DNA of 64,000 nucleotides from an uncultured Bacteroidota bacterium (GCA_963700635.1 CAVOYH010000004.1:576001-640000); one strand, 5' to 3'; shown: positions 1 to 10,560, counted from the stretch's first letter. Made by a program: numbers and translations. Notes: generated by a model not told the origin, from the letters alone.

Positions 1-3000
1 TGTACCGGGCTGACAAACAGTGATTCAAGGTGGTGATGTGCGAGCTTGACGGCCGGGACTTCGACAGCTTCCAATACTCCTTCGGTGCTTCCTTCTTCGT
101 CGCAGACCAGCATCGACTCGGGAAGCGTGCGCGTCAGATCATGGATATCCTCACGCGCATCATCGAGACTCTCCAGAAATCCAAATGACGGCTCAACGTC
201 GAACTCGGCCGAAACGTCCGTGCCTTCCTTGAGGGCCTGTTGAAATTTCTCCCGCACACGCGCAAGATCTGTGAGCACGTGAGCGTCGATTTTCCGGCGG
301 ATCTCCGTGAGCAGTTCCTCGGCCCTGTCAGTGACGCGACCCTGAAGGGAGGCGATGGCGATATCAAGGGTGACCTTATCAGCGACCAGGCGGACATCCT
401 GGATCCATGAGTCGGCAAATGTTTTGTTGGCGCGAACCAGCTCCTTGTACGCCTTCGAGGAGACCCGTTGCCGCTGGGATCGGGGAGCGCCCCCGAAACG
501 TTCCAGTTCGTCCCGCAGGGCCACGAGAGCGTTCCGGAATTCCAGGTGCAACCGATGATCAAACAACCGGTGCCGGGCAACCACAGTAGCGTCAAGAGAT
601 TCCATGCCCGTGCGGAATGAGGCCATAATCTGATCCACATCCTCCTCCCGCCATCCACGGGCTGCAAGGGTAACTTCAAGCTCGTGAAAACTGGCCGCAA
701 GGCCCAGCATTTCCGCTTTGAGGGCCGAGAGCGACTTCATCGTCGCCCCGAGAAACTGCTGGAGGTAGGCTTTGAGGAAAACATGCCGTGTGTGCAGCAC
801 ATGGTGTTCGGCGGTCTTGCGGTAGGGAACCGGGCGTGTTGCCGGATAGCCCAGCACGCCATGCACCAGCCGTCGTGCGGCCTTGCGAACTCTGGTCACT
901 GCAGCATCATCAGGTCTGGGCTGCAGTTCTTCCCGCGAGTACACCATGCGGAGCGATGTCGGGATGCGTGCAGCATCCCCTGCGAGTCGGTCGGCATATT
1001 CCTCAAGCGCCGCAGCAAGAGAATCACGTTGCGTCGGAAGGATGTCGTTGTTGATCGATTTGACCAGGGATCTGCAACGGAACAGATACTCGTTCTGGAT
1101 TTTTACGATCGCCTTGCGTCGGCGGAATGGATCCGGAAAACGGCTCGCGCGATCGAGCGTATCGTGGAAGGTGAGTCCGATATCGCTGAGCGCGGCAATC
1201 AGACGGCGTTCCTCGGTGAACCACGTGGCTATCCCCCGCTCGAAGAGCAGGCGGAGCACGCGGTCGCCGTTGGCCTCCATTTTCTGGAGATCCTCATTGA
1301 GGAGGGCGGATCGGGACGAGGGAGAAGGAGGAAGCTGGATTTCGGTGTCAGCAGGCGGGCTGATCGTCTCTTCATCCTCCTCTGCAAGCCCTATTTCAAG
1401 ATCCTCGAACTGTGAGGAGCCGTGGACAACGATGACAGAGCCCAGGACCGCGAGCAATCCTTCCAGACGTTCGAGAGTGGCCTCCAGTCGGTCGGGTGTC
1501 GTGCCGGAGAGACCAATAATCGTCAGGTCTGCGCCTCCACTTTCCCGCTGGATGATTTCCTCCATGGACAGCTGATGCTGTTCGCGTTCAATGATCCGTA
1601 CCTCCATCCCCATGCGGTAGTCTCGCAGAATCCGGTGGAGTGTGCGGTAGACCTTTTCCGTCCGGCTGGCATCATCATTGACGACCAGCAATCGCATCCG
1701 CGCAGTCTGCCACATGACAGAGGTGGAGAGATAACGCAGCAATGTGATGGCAAAGGAAAGGTCTGATCCACGGCCGTCCCACCATACGTCCAGCGTCGTG
1801 GCGTCCCCAAATTGCCTGTTCGGATGATGACGGAGTAATACAATGTTCATATCACTCTTTATCACCGTACGGATGAGATCTGCAAACTTTGGTCTGGACT
1901 TGAGGTGCTTGCTCCATCCCATGAGCACGGTGTTGGGGTGCACACCCGAGAACCCATACAACCGGATGATCTCCTTCATGCCGGTGTACACGTCGGTGCA
2001 GTAATGGCGCAGTGTGTGCACGGGGGCGTTATCAACCGGTTCCAGGGGCTCGAGCCGCCTCGACTCGTCACCTTCTCCGGGAGAAAGCTCAAAATTACTC
2101 AGGACGCCAAGACGTCCGGTGATAGCGGTGCCAAGACTCCGGAGATGGGGGCGTTCCGCCGCTTCTCCGCGGAACATGATGATATTCGGACGCCAGTTAC
2201 GCTGGTGGGTGGTCTCACGGGTGAGTCGTTCAATGCCTGACTTGACCAGCGATGCCCACACGCTGCTCCAGGCGTCACCCGTCTCGAGTCTGAGTTCTTT
2301 CCTCTTGAGCAGGGTAAAAAGTCCGCCCAGGAGCAGAATGCCCCCCACCATGGCTGCAAAATCAAGTTGGATCATCACGACGACGCACGCAAGGGCGCCG
2401 AGCAGACTGACCCACACGGGGGACCGGAATTCCGGCCGGAAGTCCGCGCTGGTCCAGACCTCGAATGCACAGCTCAGGTTGAGGAATCCATACGTCGTTA
2501 TGAAGAAAATTGAAACGATTCGGGCGATAAGGTTCAGCTCGCCGATCAAGATGCCTGCCTCGGCGATCAGAACCGTAAGCAGCAGAGCGTTCCGTGGCTC
2601 CCTGGCGGGGCCGGAACCGCGAGAGAAAAACGACGGGGCAATCCGGTCCGTGGCTGCCGCCTGGAGGATACGGGGGGCGCCCAGGATGCTCCCGAAAGCG
2701 GAGGAAAGCGTCGCCCCCCAGATTCCCGCGACTACAAGCTGTGGGACCAGGGAGATGTCCAGGAGCACATTTGCGTCTGTTGCGAGTTTTGTGCCGTCAA
2801 CTGTATATGCCAGGAAGGTGGTGAGACCAATATAGACGAAGAATCCGACGGTGATTGCTGCTATGGTGCCGGTTGGTATGGACTTCTTGGGATCACGCAG
2901 GTCGCCTGACATCGACACGCCTGCTTCGAACCCGGTGACAGCGGGGAAGTAAATCCCGAAAAGGACCATCAGCGGAATCGTGCTCCCGGGGTTAAACAGG

Positions 3001-3536
3001 AGGGGCTCCGCAGGTGTAAACTCGTGGCGGCCCAGTAACACTGATAGAAGCGAGAGCGCGATCGCAGCCATGATGAAGTACTGGGTCTTGATCGCCAGTG
3101 ATGTACTTATCAGTGTGACTGTTGCAACGACCACCAGGAGAATCGTCCCGGTCAGACGGATTGTGTCCCGGGTGGGTTCCAGTCCCCAGTACGCGACAAA
3201 ACTTTCGGCAAACCCGATGAGGTAGAGACTAATGCTGAATGAAAGTCCGATGAACAGCGCGATACCCAGTGTCCCTCCAATGGGCAGGCCCAGACTGCGG
3301 GAGATCATGTAATAGGTCCCTCCCGCCTGCACTTTCTTATCCGTCGCAATGGAGGAAACGCTCAGACCGGTGGTCAGAGAGATTGTGTGTGCGATGACAA
3401 TAATACCGATGACGGCGAACAGTCCGGCCTCTCCGATGATCATCGGAAGTCGCAGGAACATGATCACGCCGAGGATCGTCAGGATGGAAGGCGTGAACAC
3501 TCCGCCAAAGGTCCCAAATCGTGGAGTGCCTGGCAT
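1..3536 (-). CDS. Very large amino-acid permease / SLC12 (cation-chloride cotransporter)-family protein with long C-terminal extension; 3' end lies outside the window
   Basis: Reverse strand from ATG 3536 reads MPGTPRFGTFGGVFTPSILTILGVIMFLRLP..., the SLC12/CCC TM1 signature, followed by GGTYYMISRSLG and YFPAVTG motifs. The same frame is open at position 1, which explains its absence from the ORF track. Confidence 0.85.
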   Translation of the reverse strand, partial: MPGTPRFGTFGGVFTPSILTILGVIMFLRLPMIIGEAGLFAVIGIIVIAHTISLTTGLSVSSIATDKKVQAGGTYYMISRSLGLPIGGTLGIALFIGLSFSISLYLIGFAESFVAYWGLEPTRDTIRLTGTILLVVVATVTLISTSLAIKTQYFIMAAIALSLLSVLLGRHEFTPAEPLLFNPGSTIPLMVLFGIYFPAVTGFEAGVSMSGDLRDPKKSIPTGTIAAITVGFFVYIGLTTFLAYTVDGTKLATDANVLLDISLVPQLVVAGIWGATLSSAFGSILGAPRILQAAATDRIAPSFFSRGSGPAREPRNALLLTVLIAEAGILIGELNLIARIVSIFFITTYGFLNLSCAFEVWTSADFRPEFRSPVWVSLLGALACVVVMIQLDFAAMVGGILLLGGLFTLLKRKELRLETGDAWSSVWASLVKSGIERLTRETTHQRNWRPNIIMFRGEAAERPHLRSLGTAITGRLGVLSNFELSPGEGDESRRLEPLEPVDNAPVHTLRHYCTDVYTGMKEIIRLYGFSGVHPNTVLMGWSKHLKSRPKFADLIRTVIKSDMNIVLLRHHPNRQFGDATTLDVWWDGRGSDLSFAITLLRYLSTSVMWQTARMRLLVVNDDASRTEKVYRTLHRILRDYRMGMEVRIIEREQHQLSMEEIIQRESGGADLTIIGLSGTTPDRLEATLERLEGLLAVLGSVIVVHGSSQFEDLEIGLAEEDEETISPPADTEIQLPPSPSSRSALLNEDLQKMEANGDRVLRLLFERGIATWFTEERRLIAALSDIGLTFHDTLDRASRFPDPFRRRKAIVKIQNEYLFRCRSLVKSINNDILPTQRDSLAAALEEYADRLAGDAARIPTSLRMVYSREELQPRPDDAAVTRVRKAARRLVHGVLGYPATRPVPYRKTAEHHVLHTRHVFLKAYLQQFLGATMKSLSALKAEMLGLAASFHELEVTLAARGWREEDVDQIMASFRTGMESLDATVVARHRLFDHRLHLEFRNALVALRDELERFGGAPRSQRQRVSSKAYKELVRANKTFADSWIQDVRLVADKVTLDIAIASLQGRVTDRAEELLTEIRRKIDAHVLTDLARVREKFQQALKEGTDVSAEFDVEPSFGFLESLDDAREDIHDLTRTLPESMLVCDEEGSTEGVLEAVEVPAVKLAHHHLESLFVSPV

Positions 3537-3599
3537 GTGCGGTAATACTTTCCTACCTTGATAGAAGGTTGTGGTGCCACGTTCAAGGTACTAAGAAAA

Positions 3600-4892
3600 A
3601 TGGACTACTTCAATTCTCATATCCTGGTCATGGCGGCGTGCGCCGTGCTCATCCTATCCCACCTCTTCGGTGGACTCGGCCGCAAGACGAACATCCCCAC
3701 CGTTCTGCTCCTGATTGGCCTGGGGGTCGGGATCGAGCAATTCCTCGAAGCGATCCATGTCGACACCACCGGCCAGATCTTTCAGGTGCTGGAGATTGTC
3801 GGGCTCGTGGGGCTCATCATGATCGTGCTGGAGGCGGCGCTTGATCTAAAACTCACCCGGGAAAAACGATCCTTGATCATCAGGGCTTTTGTTGTCGCCC
3901 TGGTGGGCCTTCTCGTTTCAACGTTTGCGATCGCGTACCTTCTGCATGCAACGATTGCGCTGGATCCGTTCAGGGCGTTTCTGTTCGCCATACCTCTTTC
4001 CGTCCTGAGCAGCGCTATCGTTATACCCAGTGTCAGAAGCCTGGTCGAGGAAAAACGTGAATTTCTCGTGTACGAAAGTACGATCTCCGACATCCTCGGG
4101 ATACTCCTGTTCAACATCACCCTCGGCATGGCTGACGGCGGGTCCGCTGTTTCGCTTTCACTCGAGGTGATGATTAATCTGGGTGCTTCAACGCTTCTGG
4201 GGTTTGTCATCAGTTTCGTGCTGATCTTCATCCTTCAATCGATGGGCAAAGGCGCAAAGCTCTTCTTCCTCATCTCCTTGCTTGTGCTTCTGTATGCGGC
4301 GGGGAAAATGCTCCATCTTGCCGCGCTGGTGTTTATCCTGATATTCGGTCTCGTTCTCAACAACGTAGACGTATTTTTCCGTGGACGGCTCAAACGGTTT
4401 GCACGGAGAGAGGTGCTTGCCGAAGTCATCGATCATTTTTATGTCGTGACCCGGGAATCGGCCTTCGTAGTGCGCACCTTCTTCTTTGTCATATTTGGAA
4501 TGTCACTGGATCTGCAATCCTTGCTCAGCCTGAATGTGGCGATGATAAGCCTCGGCATACTTCTGGTCGTCTATGTCTTACGTTTTGGCACGCTGAAGGC
4601 AACCGGTCTCAAAGATGTTCTGGCAGAGTCCCTTATCGCTCCGCGTGGACTTGTCAGTGTTCTGCTGTTTTTCTCCATACCGGCAGAATTCAGCACGCCC
4701 ATTTTTGAGCCCGGGATACTCCTTTTTGTTATCCTCGGAACGGGTATCGTGATGTCGGCGGGACTGGTTCTGTCCAGAAGGAAGGGAGTGCATGCGCAGT
4801 CACTGACATTCACCGATTGGGACACCCTCGACCGGGAGATCGCCCGGCTGGAAGAGCTCCGGCAGGACCGGACCCCGCCTGCGAAACCGTAA
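3600..4892 (+). CDS. Cation:proton antiporter (Na+/H+ exchanger family)
   Basis: About 12 hydrophobic segments, with ESTISDILG and APRGL motifs typical of CPA antiporters. ATG 3600 chosen over the TTG at 3558. Confidence 0.85.
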   Translation: MDYFNSHILVMAACAVLILSHLFGGLGRKTNIPTVLLLIGLGVGIEQFLEAIHVDTTGQIFQVLEIVGLVGLIMIVLEAALDLKLTREKRSLIIRAFVVALVGLLVSTFAIAYLLHATIALDPFRAFLFAIPLSVLSSAIVIPSVRSLVEEKREFLVYESTISDILGILLFNITLGMADGGSAVSLSLEVMINLGASTLLGFVISFVLIFILQSMGKGAKLFFLISLLVLLYAAGKMLHLAALVFILIFGLVLNNVDVFFRGRLKRFARREVLAEVIDHFYVVTRESAFVVRTFFFVIFGMSLDLQSLLSLNVAMISLGILLVVYVLRFGTLKATGLKDVLAESLIAPRGLVSVLLFFSIPAEFSTPIFEPGILLFVILGTGIVMSAGLVLSRRKGVHAQSLTFTDWDTLDREIARLEELRQDRTPPAKP

Positions 4893-5153
4893 GTCGGATC
4901 GTGCTGTGAGAAGATGGGAAACGAAAGCACAAAGGGAGTTGGTCTTTGACAGGGGACACCGCGGGCACGAGCACACCAGAATGAGCGTATTCCAGATGAG
5001 CAGACAATTCGGGATCACCGCCGCTATTGGCGCGATCGTTGTCCTTGGCGCGTCGGGAGGCGCGTTACTTTCACCCGATGCGAACGTGCGCGTTTCCGCC
5101 GGCCTGTTACGATGCGGCAGCAGATGTTCATGCTGTGAATGTCTTCTAAGGGG

Positions 5154-7880
5154 CTACCGGAGCAGCAGCATTCTGCGTGTCTGAACAAAATCGCCGGACA
5201 TAAGCCTGTACAGATACACTCCGCTCCCAAACCCGGGAGCGTTGAACTTCACTCTGTAGCTCCCCGGTGCCTTTTTTTCGTCCACTAACACCGCCACCTC
5301 GCGGCCGAGCACATCATACACGACAAGCCGGACCACGCCAGACTCCCGGCCCGAGACCCCGGACTCGCGATCTTGGCCCAGCACATCAAACCTGATTGTC
5401 GTTGACGGATTGAACGGGTTAGGGTAGTTCTGCTCCAGGGAATATTTCCCGGGGACTCCGTCATCTCCCTTCACCGTGCTTGCCCCATCACGAATCCACT
5501 GAAATCGAATCGCGTCCGCGCGAAGCACCTTTCCCGGCTGAACGGGTGACATCGCATCGGTGATCTCCAGCCGGGCCTCGGTGTTGCCGGAGACAGGATG
5601 TTCGAAGATGGTGGTCCACGCGCCACTTCCTGCATTCTGGTCAATGTACGCCGAGTCGACAGGGACGGAATCCAAAACCAGCACGTGCCGGGCGCGCACG
5701 GATGCATTCACGGTCGTCGGCACGATCGCCTGAATCCTGTAGACTCCGGTTTTCCTGAGTTGTGCTTTGAATGTCGCCAATACACCGGGGGCGGGATATG
5801 CGTAGCGGCTGGTTCCACCGTATGCCTGGGCGACACTGAAGTACCACGTCCCGGTTTCGGCGTATGATGGCGCATCGTTATCGTCCACGAGAGCGAAATA
5901 TTCTTGAACGTTTCCACGCAGCGGGATCAGCACGCGCGAATGGTGGGGATCATCCGAGAGCACCACCAGCGTGTCGGCAAAAGGTCCGATCACGGATGGC
6001 ACAATGGTGAGTGCGATTTGCGCTTCACTCATTGCAGGAACCGTCACAGGCAGGGGAGTATTTGGCGTGACTGTTCCCTGCGCCGAAGTCACCGCAAGAA
6101 TCACAACCGGCTGAATACCTTCGTTGCGCAATAGGACCGATGTCATGTTCTCCTCCTGCACGATCATCTCTCCTGCATCAAACATCTCAAGAGGCACCAA
6201 CCACTGGTTGCGGACGAGCGCGGACACCTTGATCGCGTCAGCGCCGACCTGCGTACCGGATTGTGTCGTTCCTCTCGCGACCATCACGACGGTGATATCT
6301 GCACCCGAAGAAAGGTACGGGGTCCAAAGATAGACCCACTGGTCACCCTGGATGCCATTCGTGAAGTGCCGTGAAGTCACCTTCGTCAATCCTTCCCACA
6401 TCTGGAATTCCACTTGCTGTGCCGCGTTGGGAAGCGACGGGACCCGCACGGAGATATTATAGAGTGATGATACCTGAATCGGGGCCGTCCATTCTGCTCT
6501 TGCAGAATCCGATACACCGAGGGTTGCCTGTCGGGATGATGCTCCCCATGAAGCGTTCAGGGAAGTAGTCCATGTCCCCGACCGCTCCACATATCCGGGA
6601 TCGGCGTTGTCTATGATAATGTCATCGGGGAGATATCTCATGATCGCTGTCGCGAGATTGCCGGCGGTGTCGGTTGCTGCCACACCTGATTTTGCGAGAT
6701 CCGCCCGCGACACTGCGGCGGAGGTCTCCCACGAGCGGTCGCCGACTGCCTGGCAGGGAAGGACACGGAATTCTCCGTATTTGTCTTTCACTGCTACGAA
6801 GGGAGCAGGTTGGAACAGGGGCTCGTCGCTCGTGACGGCCCACCGGACCATAGGGCCTTCAGAAATCTCCCCGAATGTCAGGTGAGGTCGCACCGTATCG
6901 CCGGTCTGCCTCCAGCGCTGCATGGCTTCGATGGCAGTACAGTATCGGAAGCGTAATCCAGGAAATCGCTGCAACGCCTTGTGGGTTGACGCATCGACCT
7001 TTCGAATGTTGTCGAGAAAGTCCGTTTCGGGGAGATGTGCCCAGAGGCAAACCACCTGGTCGATTCCGGACGCTGCCTTGGCGAATACAGCATCCATAAA
7101 AGCCGAATCCACCGAAGCCATGTATTCGGACCGGACATTCCAGCCATTGCATGAGCCGGGCACCTGGTAATCAGTCGGGGAAGGATGGAACGGGACGAAT
7201 GAAGATGGGGCGCGCGACCAGTCGTAGGTGTTGTCCAGCGGTTCTGTCGTGTCGGTGCGTCGCGCAGGCCAGTCGTTGTGCAGAGAGTACGGCAGCAGCA
7301 CGTCGAGCCGTTGCTGCCAGTGGTTGTCCATTGCATGCCAGCCGCTTCGAAACGAGACCGGAAAGGTCTCCTCCTCCAGGAGCATTTCGGCCAGGGTGAC
7401 GTCGAAATCGTCCGACGACTCAGGAAAGGAAAGCGCTTGATTCCAGTAATACGTTCCATTGCCGTCGTAGTCCGTCCAGACAAACGTATGGTAGTGAAGC
7501 GTCAACTCGTCTCCCCACGACCTGAGCAGCTCTCCCTGGGTCTTTTTCATAAGGTAAAGCGTCATCGTGTTGGGATTCGGGACGTTCGTGTTTGTGGCAT
7601 GCCGGAAGATGTTCCCGGCCATCATCCACCAGGTGAGCTTTACCGGAGTCCCGTACGAATCCTTCAGCGGAAGGCGAAAGCCAGGATCCATGACGCGCGT
7701 GGCATTCCGTGAGGGGTCTGTGAACAGGCTGAGTGCATAGGTACAATTGTACCGGGAGACACTCATCCCGTCCCAAATAGCGGTATCAGAACCGAGGACG
7801 AGGTAGACACTCCCCTGGGCGCGAACAGCAGGGAGCGGGAAAAGGAGGGAAGCCGTGAGAAGTGCACACAACGTTTTCAT
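5154..7880 (-). CDS. Secreted T9SS-sorted protein: N-terminal polysaccharide-deacetylase-like domain, two golvesin/xanthan-lyase-type CBM-like repeats, Ig-like domain, T9SS CTD
   Basis: Signal peptide; HYH and FRSGW motifs; repeated IIDN/LVDDN...G.W...ADAI modules; C-terminal LEQNYPNPFNPSTTIRF...SGVYLYRL...MLLLR. Confidence 0.8.
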   Translation of the reverse strand: MKTLCALLTASLLFPLPAVRAQGSVYLVLGSDTAIWDGMSVSRYNCTYALSLFTDPSRNATRVMDPGFRLPLKDSYGTPVKLTWWMMAGNIFRHATNTNVPNPNTMTLYLMKKTQGELLRSWGDELTLHYHTFVWTDYDGNGTYYWNQALSFPESSDDFDVTLAEMLLEEETFPVSFRSGWHAMDNHWQQRLDVLLPYSLHNDWPARRTDTTEPLDNTYDWSRAPSSFVPFHPSPTDYQVPGSCNGWNVRSEYMASVDSAFMDAVFAKAASGIDQVVCLWAHLPETDFLDNIRKVDASTHKALQRFPGLRFRYCTAIEAMQRWRQTGDTVRPHLTFGEISEGPMVRWAVTSDEPLFQPAPFVAVKDKYGEFRVLPCQAVGDRSWETSAAVSRADLAKSGVAATDTAGNLATAIMRYLPDDIIIDNADPGYVERSGTWTTSLNASWGASSRQATLGVSDSARAEWTAPIQVSSLYNISVRVPSLPNAAQQVEFQMWEGLTKVTSRHFTNGIQGDQWVYLWTPYLSSGADITVVMVARGTTQSGTQVGADAIKVSALVRNQWLVPLEMFDAGEMIVQEENMTSVLLRNEGIQPVVILAVTSAQGTVTPNTPLPVTVPAMSEAQIALTIVPSVIGPFADTLVVLSDDPHHSRVLIPLRGNVQEYFALVDDNDAPSYAETGTWYFSVAQAYGGTSRYAYPAPGVLATFKAQLRKTGVYRIQAIVPTTVNASVRARHVLVLDSVPVDSAYIDQNAGSGAWTTIFEHPVSGNTEARLEITDAMSPVQPGKVLRADAIRFQWIRDGASTVKGDDGVPGKYSLEQNYPNPFNPSTTIRFDVLGQDRESGVSGRESGVVRLVVYDVLGREVAVLVDEKKAPGSYRVKFNAPGFGSGVYLYRLMSGDFVQTRRMLLLR

Positions 7881-7907
7881 AACGTACTACAAGCTACTGC
7901 TTCTACA

Positions 7908-8162
7908 TTAAATATCCAAACCGATCTGCTTCAGGAGTGCGCGGAATCCCGGGTTCGAGTGCATTTGGTCCCATCCCGGATCGATCCCGATTGTGTACGC
8001 TCTCTGGTCCCGCTGACCCGCCCCCGACAAGGGATCAACGGTGGAAGCATCAAATGTTGTCGTGGTGAGAATGGCGGCTGGGATGGCGTCTTTGTTCTTG
8101 GGATTAATACTGCTAGGATAGCTGCCGGGCTTGACGTCGATGGTCGGCTCAAACTCAACCAT
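7908..8162 (-). pseudogene. Chimeric gene remnant (secreted-protein IDxKPGS domain fragment fused to a kinase-TPR C-terminal tail)
   Basis: IDVKPGSYPSSINPKNKDAIPAAILTT fragment is joined to IDPGWDQMHSNPGFRALLKQIGL, which resembles the DP...LRSDPRF..LL tail of the neighbouring kinases. Confidence 0.5.
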
Positions 8163-8247
8163 ACGGAAATAGACTCCTGGCTGTTCCGAGATAGAAAATT
8201 GTCCCCGAGAAGGCGAGAGCGGTAAGGTAGGGGGTTCTCCTCAGGGC

Positions 8248-10560
8248 TCAGGTTCCGTCCTCCGGCGGTGGCAGATTCATCCGTTTGAGCAGTTGGTCGT
8301 AGCGCGGGTCGCCCCGTAAGGACTTGAAATCGTCAAGAACTCTCACCCACGGCAACCACGCGTGTGGGTGCTTGTAATTCAGCCAGCGGAATGCCTCGTC
8401 TTTGTTGCCGAGAAGGGTGTGCAGGACAGCCAGCCAGTGTGCATTCCACGGACTGGGCTTGAGTTGTTCCAATTCCGTTACCAACTTCCGTGCCTCATCT
8501 GGCCTTCCGGCTGCAACATAGCCAATTCCGATTGCGAATCGCCATGGCGGCGCAGCTTCCGCCGCCTTGCGAAATTCCGTGAGTGCCTCTTCGTATCGCC
8601 CTATATCGGTATACACGTGGCCGAGCACGAAATGCCCGACCGGTGTGTTGGGATTGATTTCGATTGCCTTGCGGCATTCCGCAATCGCCTCATCATAGCG
8701 TCCCAACCCGCGGTAGATTTCCCCGAGCCACGCGGTATGGAGCGGCAACAGCGGATCCAGTTCCTGTGCACGTTTGTGAGCAGCGATGGCTTCTTCCGAG
8801 CGTCCCAAGAGCACATAAAACCACGAGGAATGATAGTGGGCGATTGCAAGATGGGGGTTAAGACTAATTGCCTTATCTATGAGCCGGCGGGCCTCATCCC
8901 ATTCCCAGTCGTAATATCCCTTGATAAATCCCAGCGCAGCGTATGCCATATCCAGCGTGCTGTCCAGCCGAATCGCTCTTTCGGCTGCTGCCCTCGCAAA
9001 GGGGAGGGCATCTGCAGGTGGATCAGGTCCGTGGGCGACGGTAACATATCCCATTGCCAAGCCAGCGTAGGCCCTTGGATCTCCGGGGTCCTTCTCTACC
9101 GCCTCTTTTAAGTATCCCATCCCCTTGGCCTTACCATCAGGGGTGGCCTTTTGTAACCAGTGCATGCCCCGCAAATAAGCTTCGTAGGTTTCGACGTTAA
9201 CCGGGCGTGCCTGTGCCAGTTCTTCAGCCTTTGAGGGTGATACCTTGAGGTTGAGCTGTGTCGCGATGGCCGTCACAATCTCATTCTGGAGTGTCAGCAC
9301 ATCGCGCAGCTCGCGTTCATACCGTTCGGCCCAGATCGACCCTTCGGTGAGCGGATTGATAAGTTGAGCGGTGACCCGTACTGAATTGCCCACCCGAACT
9401 ACAGCCCCCGTCAACAGGGCATCGACATTCAGCTCCCGGGCGATCTCCGAGGGGGATTTGTGTTGATCTCTGTAGCGTTTAACCGATCCACGTCCGATGA
9501 CCCGTTCGAAGCAGCCAAGCTTTGCAAGATCCGTAATCAGGGCATCGTGGATGCCTTCAACGAGGTATTCCTGCTCGCTGTCTCCGGAGAGATTCTCTAG
9601 CGGAAGCACGGCAATCGACGTTATGCCGCCAGCCCTCCATACGGTGGTCCAGAGAATCACGAGGAGAGCTCCGAGGAGTACCACGAAGAGAGCCGCTGCG
9701 TATATCAGCGATCTGCGTGTCGTGAACGCTCGCCACAGCGTCGCCCCTTTTCTCGGCTGACCCGACAGGGCCTCAAGTTCCAGAACGACGTCATCCGCTG
9801 TTTGGTAGCGGCCTTTTTTTTCTTTCTGGAGCAGCTTCAGGACGAGCGCCTCGAGCTCGGTCGGGACACCAGGAAACCGGCCACAGATCGGCGGGGGAGT
9901 GTCGTTGAGGATGGAGTAGACTACCGCCGTCTCATACTCCGATTGAAACGGAAGCCGTCCTGTCAGGAGTTCGTACAACACCACGCCGAACGACCAGAGA
10001 TCTGAGCGATGATCCACAACTTCTCCACGTGCCTGCTCGGGCGACATATAGGTGACTGTGCCTGCCGTACTTCCTTCTTTGGTGATCTGTGTCCTGTCGG
10101 CCAGCTTCGCGAGCCCAAAATCCATGATTACGATCTGGCCGTCCGGAGTCAGCATGATATTCGAACTCTTAATATCACGGTGAATGATCTTCTTTCGGTG
10201 GGCTGCCTGGAGGCCACGGGCGATCTGCATGGCGTAGCCGAGGACCTGTTGAACCGATTGAGGTCCCGTTTCAAGCAACTGCTGTAAGGTCATTCCCTCG
10301 ACATAGGCCATGGAGATATACGGCGATCCTCCGGCATCATCGACTTCATAGACGGTGCAGATGTTCGGGTGGTCGAGTTGGGCGATGGCCTGTGCTTCAC
10401 GGACGAGACGGTCCCGCTCCTTCTCGCCGCCTGTTGACGGAAGGAACTTCAGGGCAACGGTTCTCGTAAGTTTCAGGTCCTCGGCCTTATAGACGACGCC
10501 CATGCCGCCTTCGCCGAGCTTTTCGAGGATCTTGTAGTGGGATACAGTCTGGCCGATCAT
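8248..10560 (-). CDS. Ser/Thr protein kinase with TM helix, TolB-like domain and TPR repeats
   Basis: LGEGGMGVVY, VALK, HRDIKSSN, DFG, YMSPEQ; TM segment; SIAVLPLENLSGD; TPRs. Confidence 0.92.
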   Translation of the reverse strand: MIGQTVSHYKILEKLGEGGMGVVYKAEDLKLTRTVALKFLPSTGGEKERDRLVREAQAIAQLDHPNICTVYEVDDAGGSPYISMAYVEGMTLQQLLETGPQSVQQVLGYAMQIARGLQAAHRKKIIHRDIKSSNIMLTPDGQIVIMDFGLAKLADRTQITKEGSTAGTVTYMSPEQARGEVVDHRSDLWSFGVVLYELLTGRLPFQSEYETAVVYSILNDTPPPICGRFPGVPTELEALVLKLLQKEKKGRYQTADDVVLELEALSGQPRKGATLWRAFTTRRSLIYAAALFVVLLGALLVILWTTVWRAGGITSIAVLPLENLSGDSEQEYLVEGIHDALITDLAKLGCFERVIGRGSVKRYRDQHKSPSEIARELNVDALLTGAVVRVGNSVRVTAQLINPLTEGSIWAERYERELRDVLTLQNEIVTAIATQLNLKVSPSKAEELAQARPVNVETYEAYLRGMHWLQKATPDGKAKGMGYLKEAVEKDPGDPRAYAGLAMGYVTVAHGPDPPADALPFARAAAERAIRLDSTLDMAYAALGFIKGYYDWEWDEARRLIDKAISLNPHLAIAHYHSSWFYVLLGRSEEAIAAHKRAQELDPLLPLHTAWLGEIYRGLGRYDEAIAECRKAIEINPNTPVGHFVLGHVYTDIGRYEEALTEFRKAAEAAPPWRFAIGIGYVAAGRPDEARKLVTELEQLKPSPWNAHWLAVLHTLLGNKDEAFRWLNYKHPHAWLPWVRVLDDFKSLRGDPRYDQLLKRMNLPPPEDGT

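Noticed and set aside
4906-5150. Intergenic 92-aa ORF or possible RNA element
   Set aside because: No RBS, motif or convincing structure recognised, so I cannot support a call.
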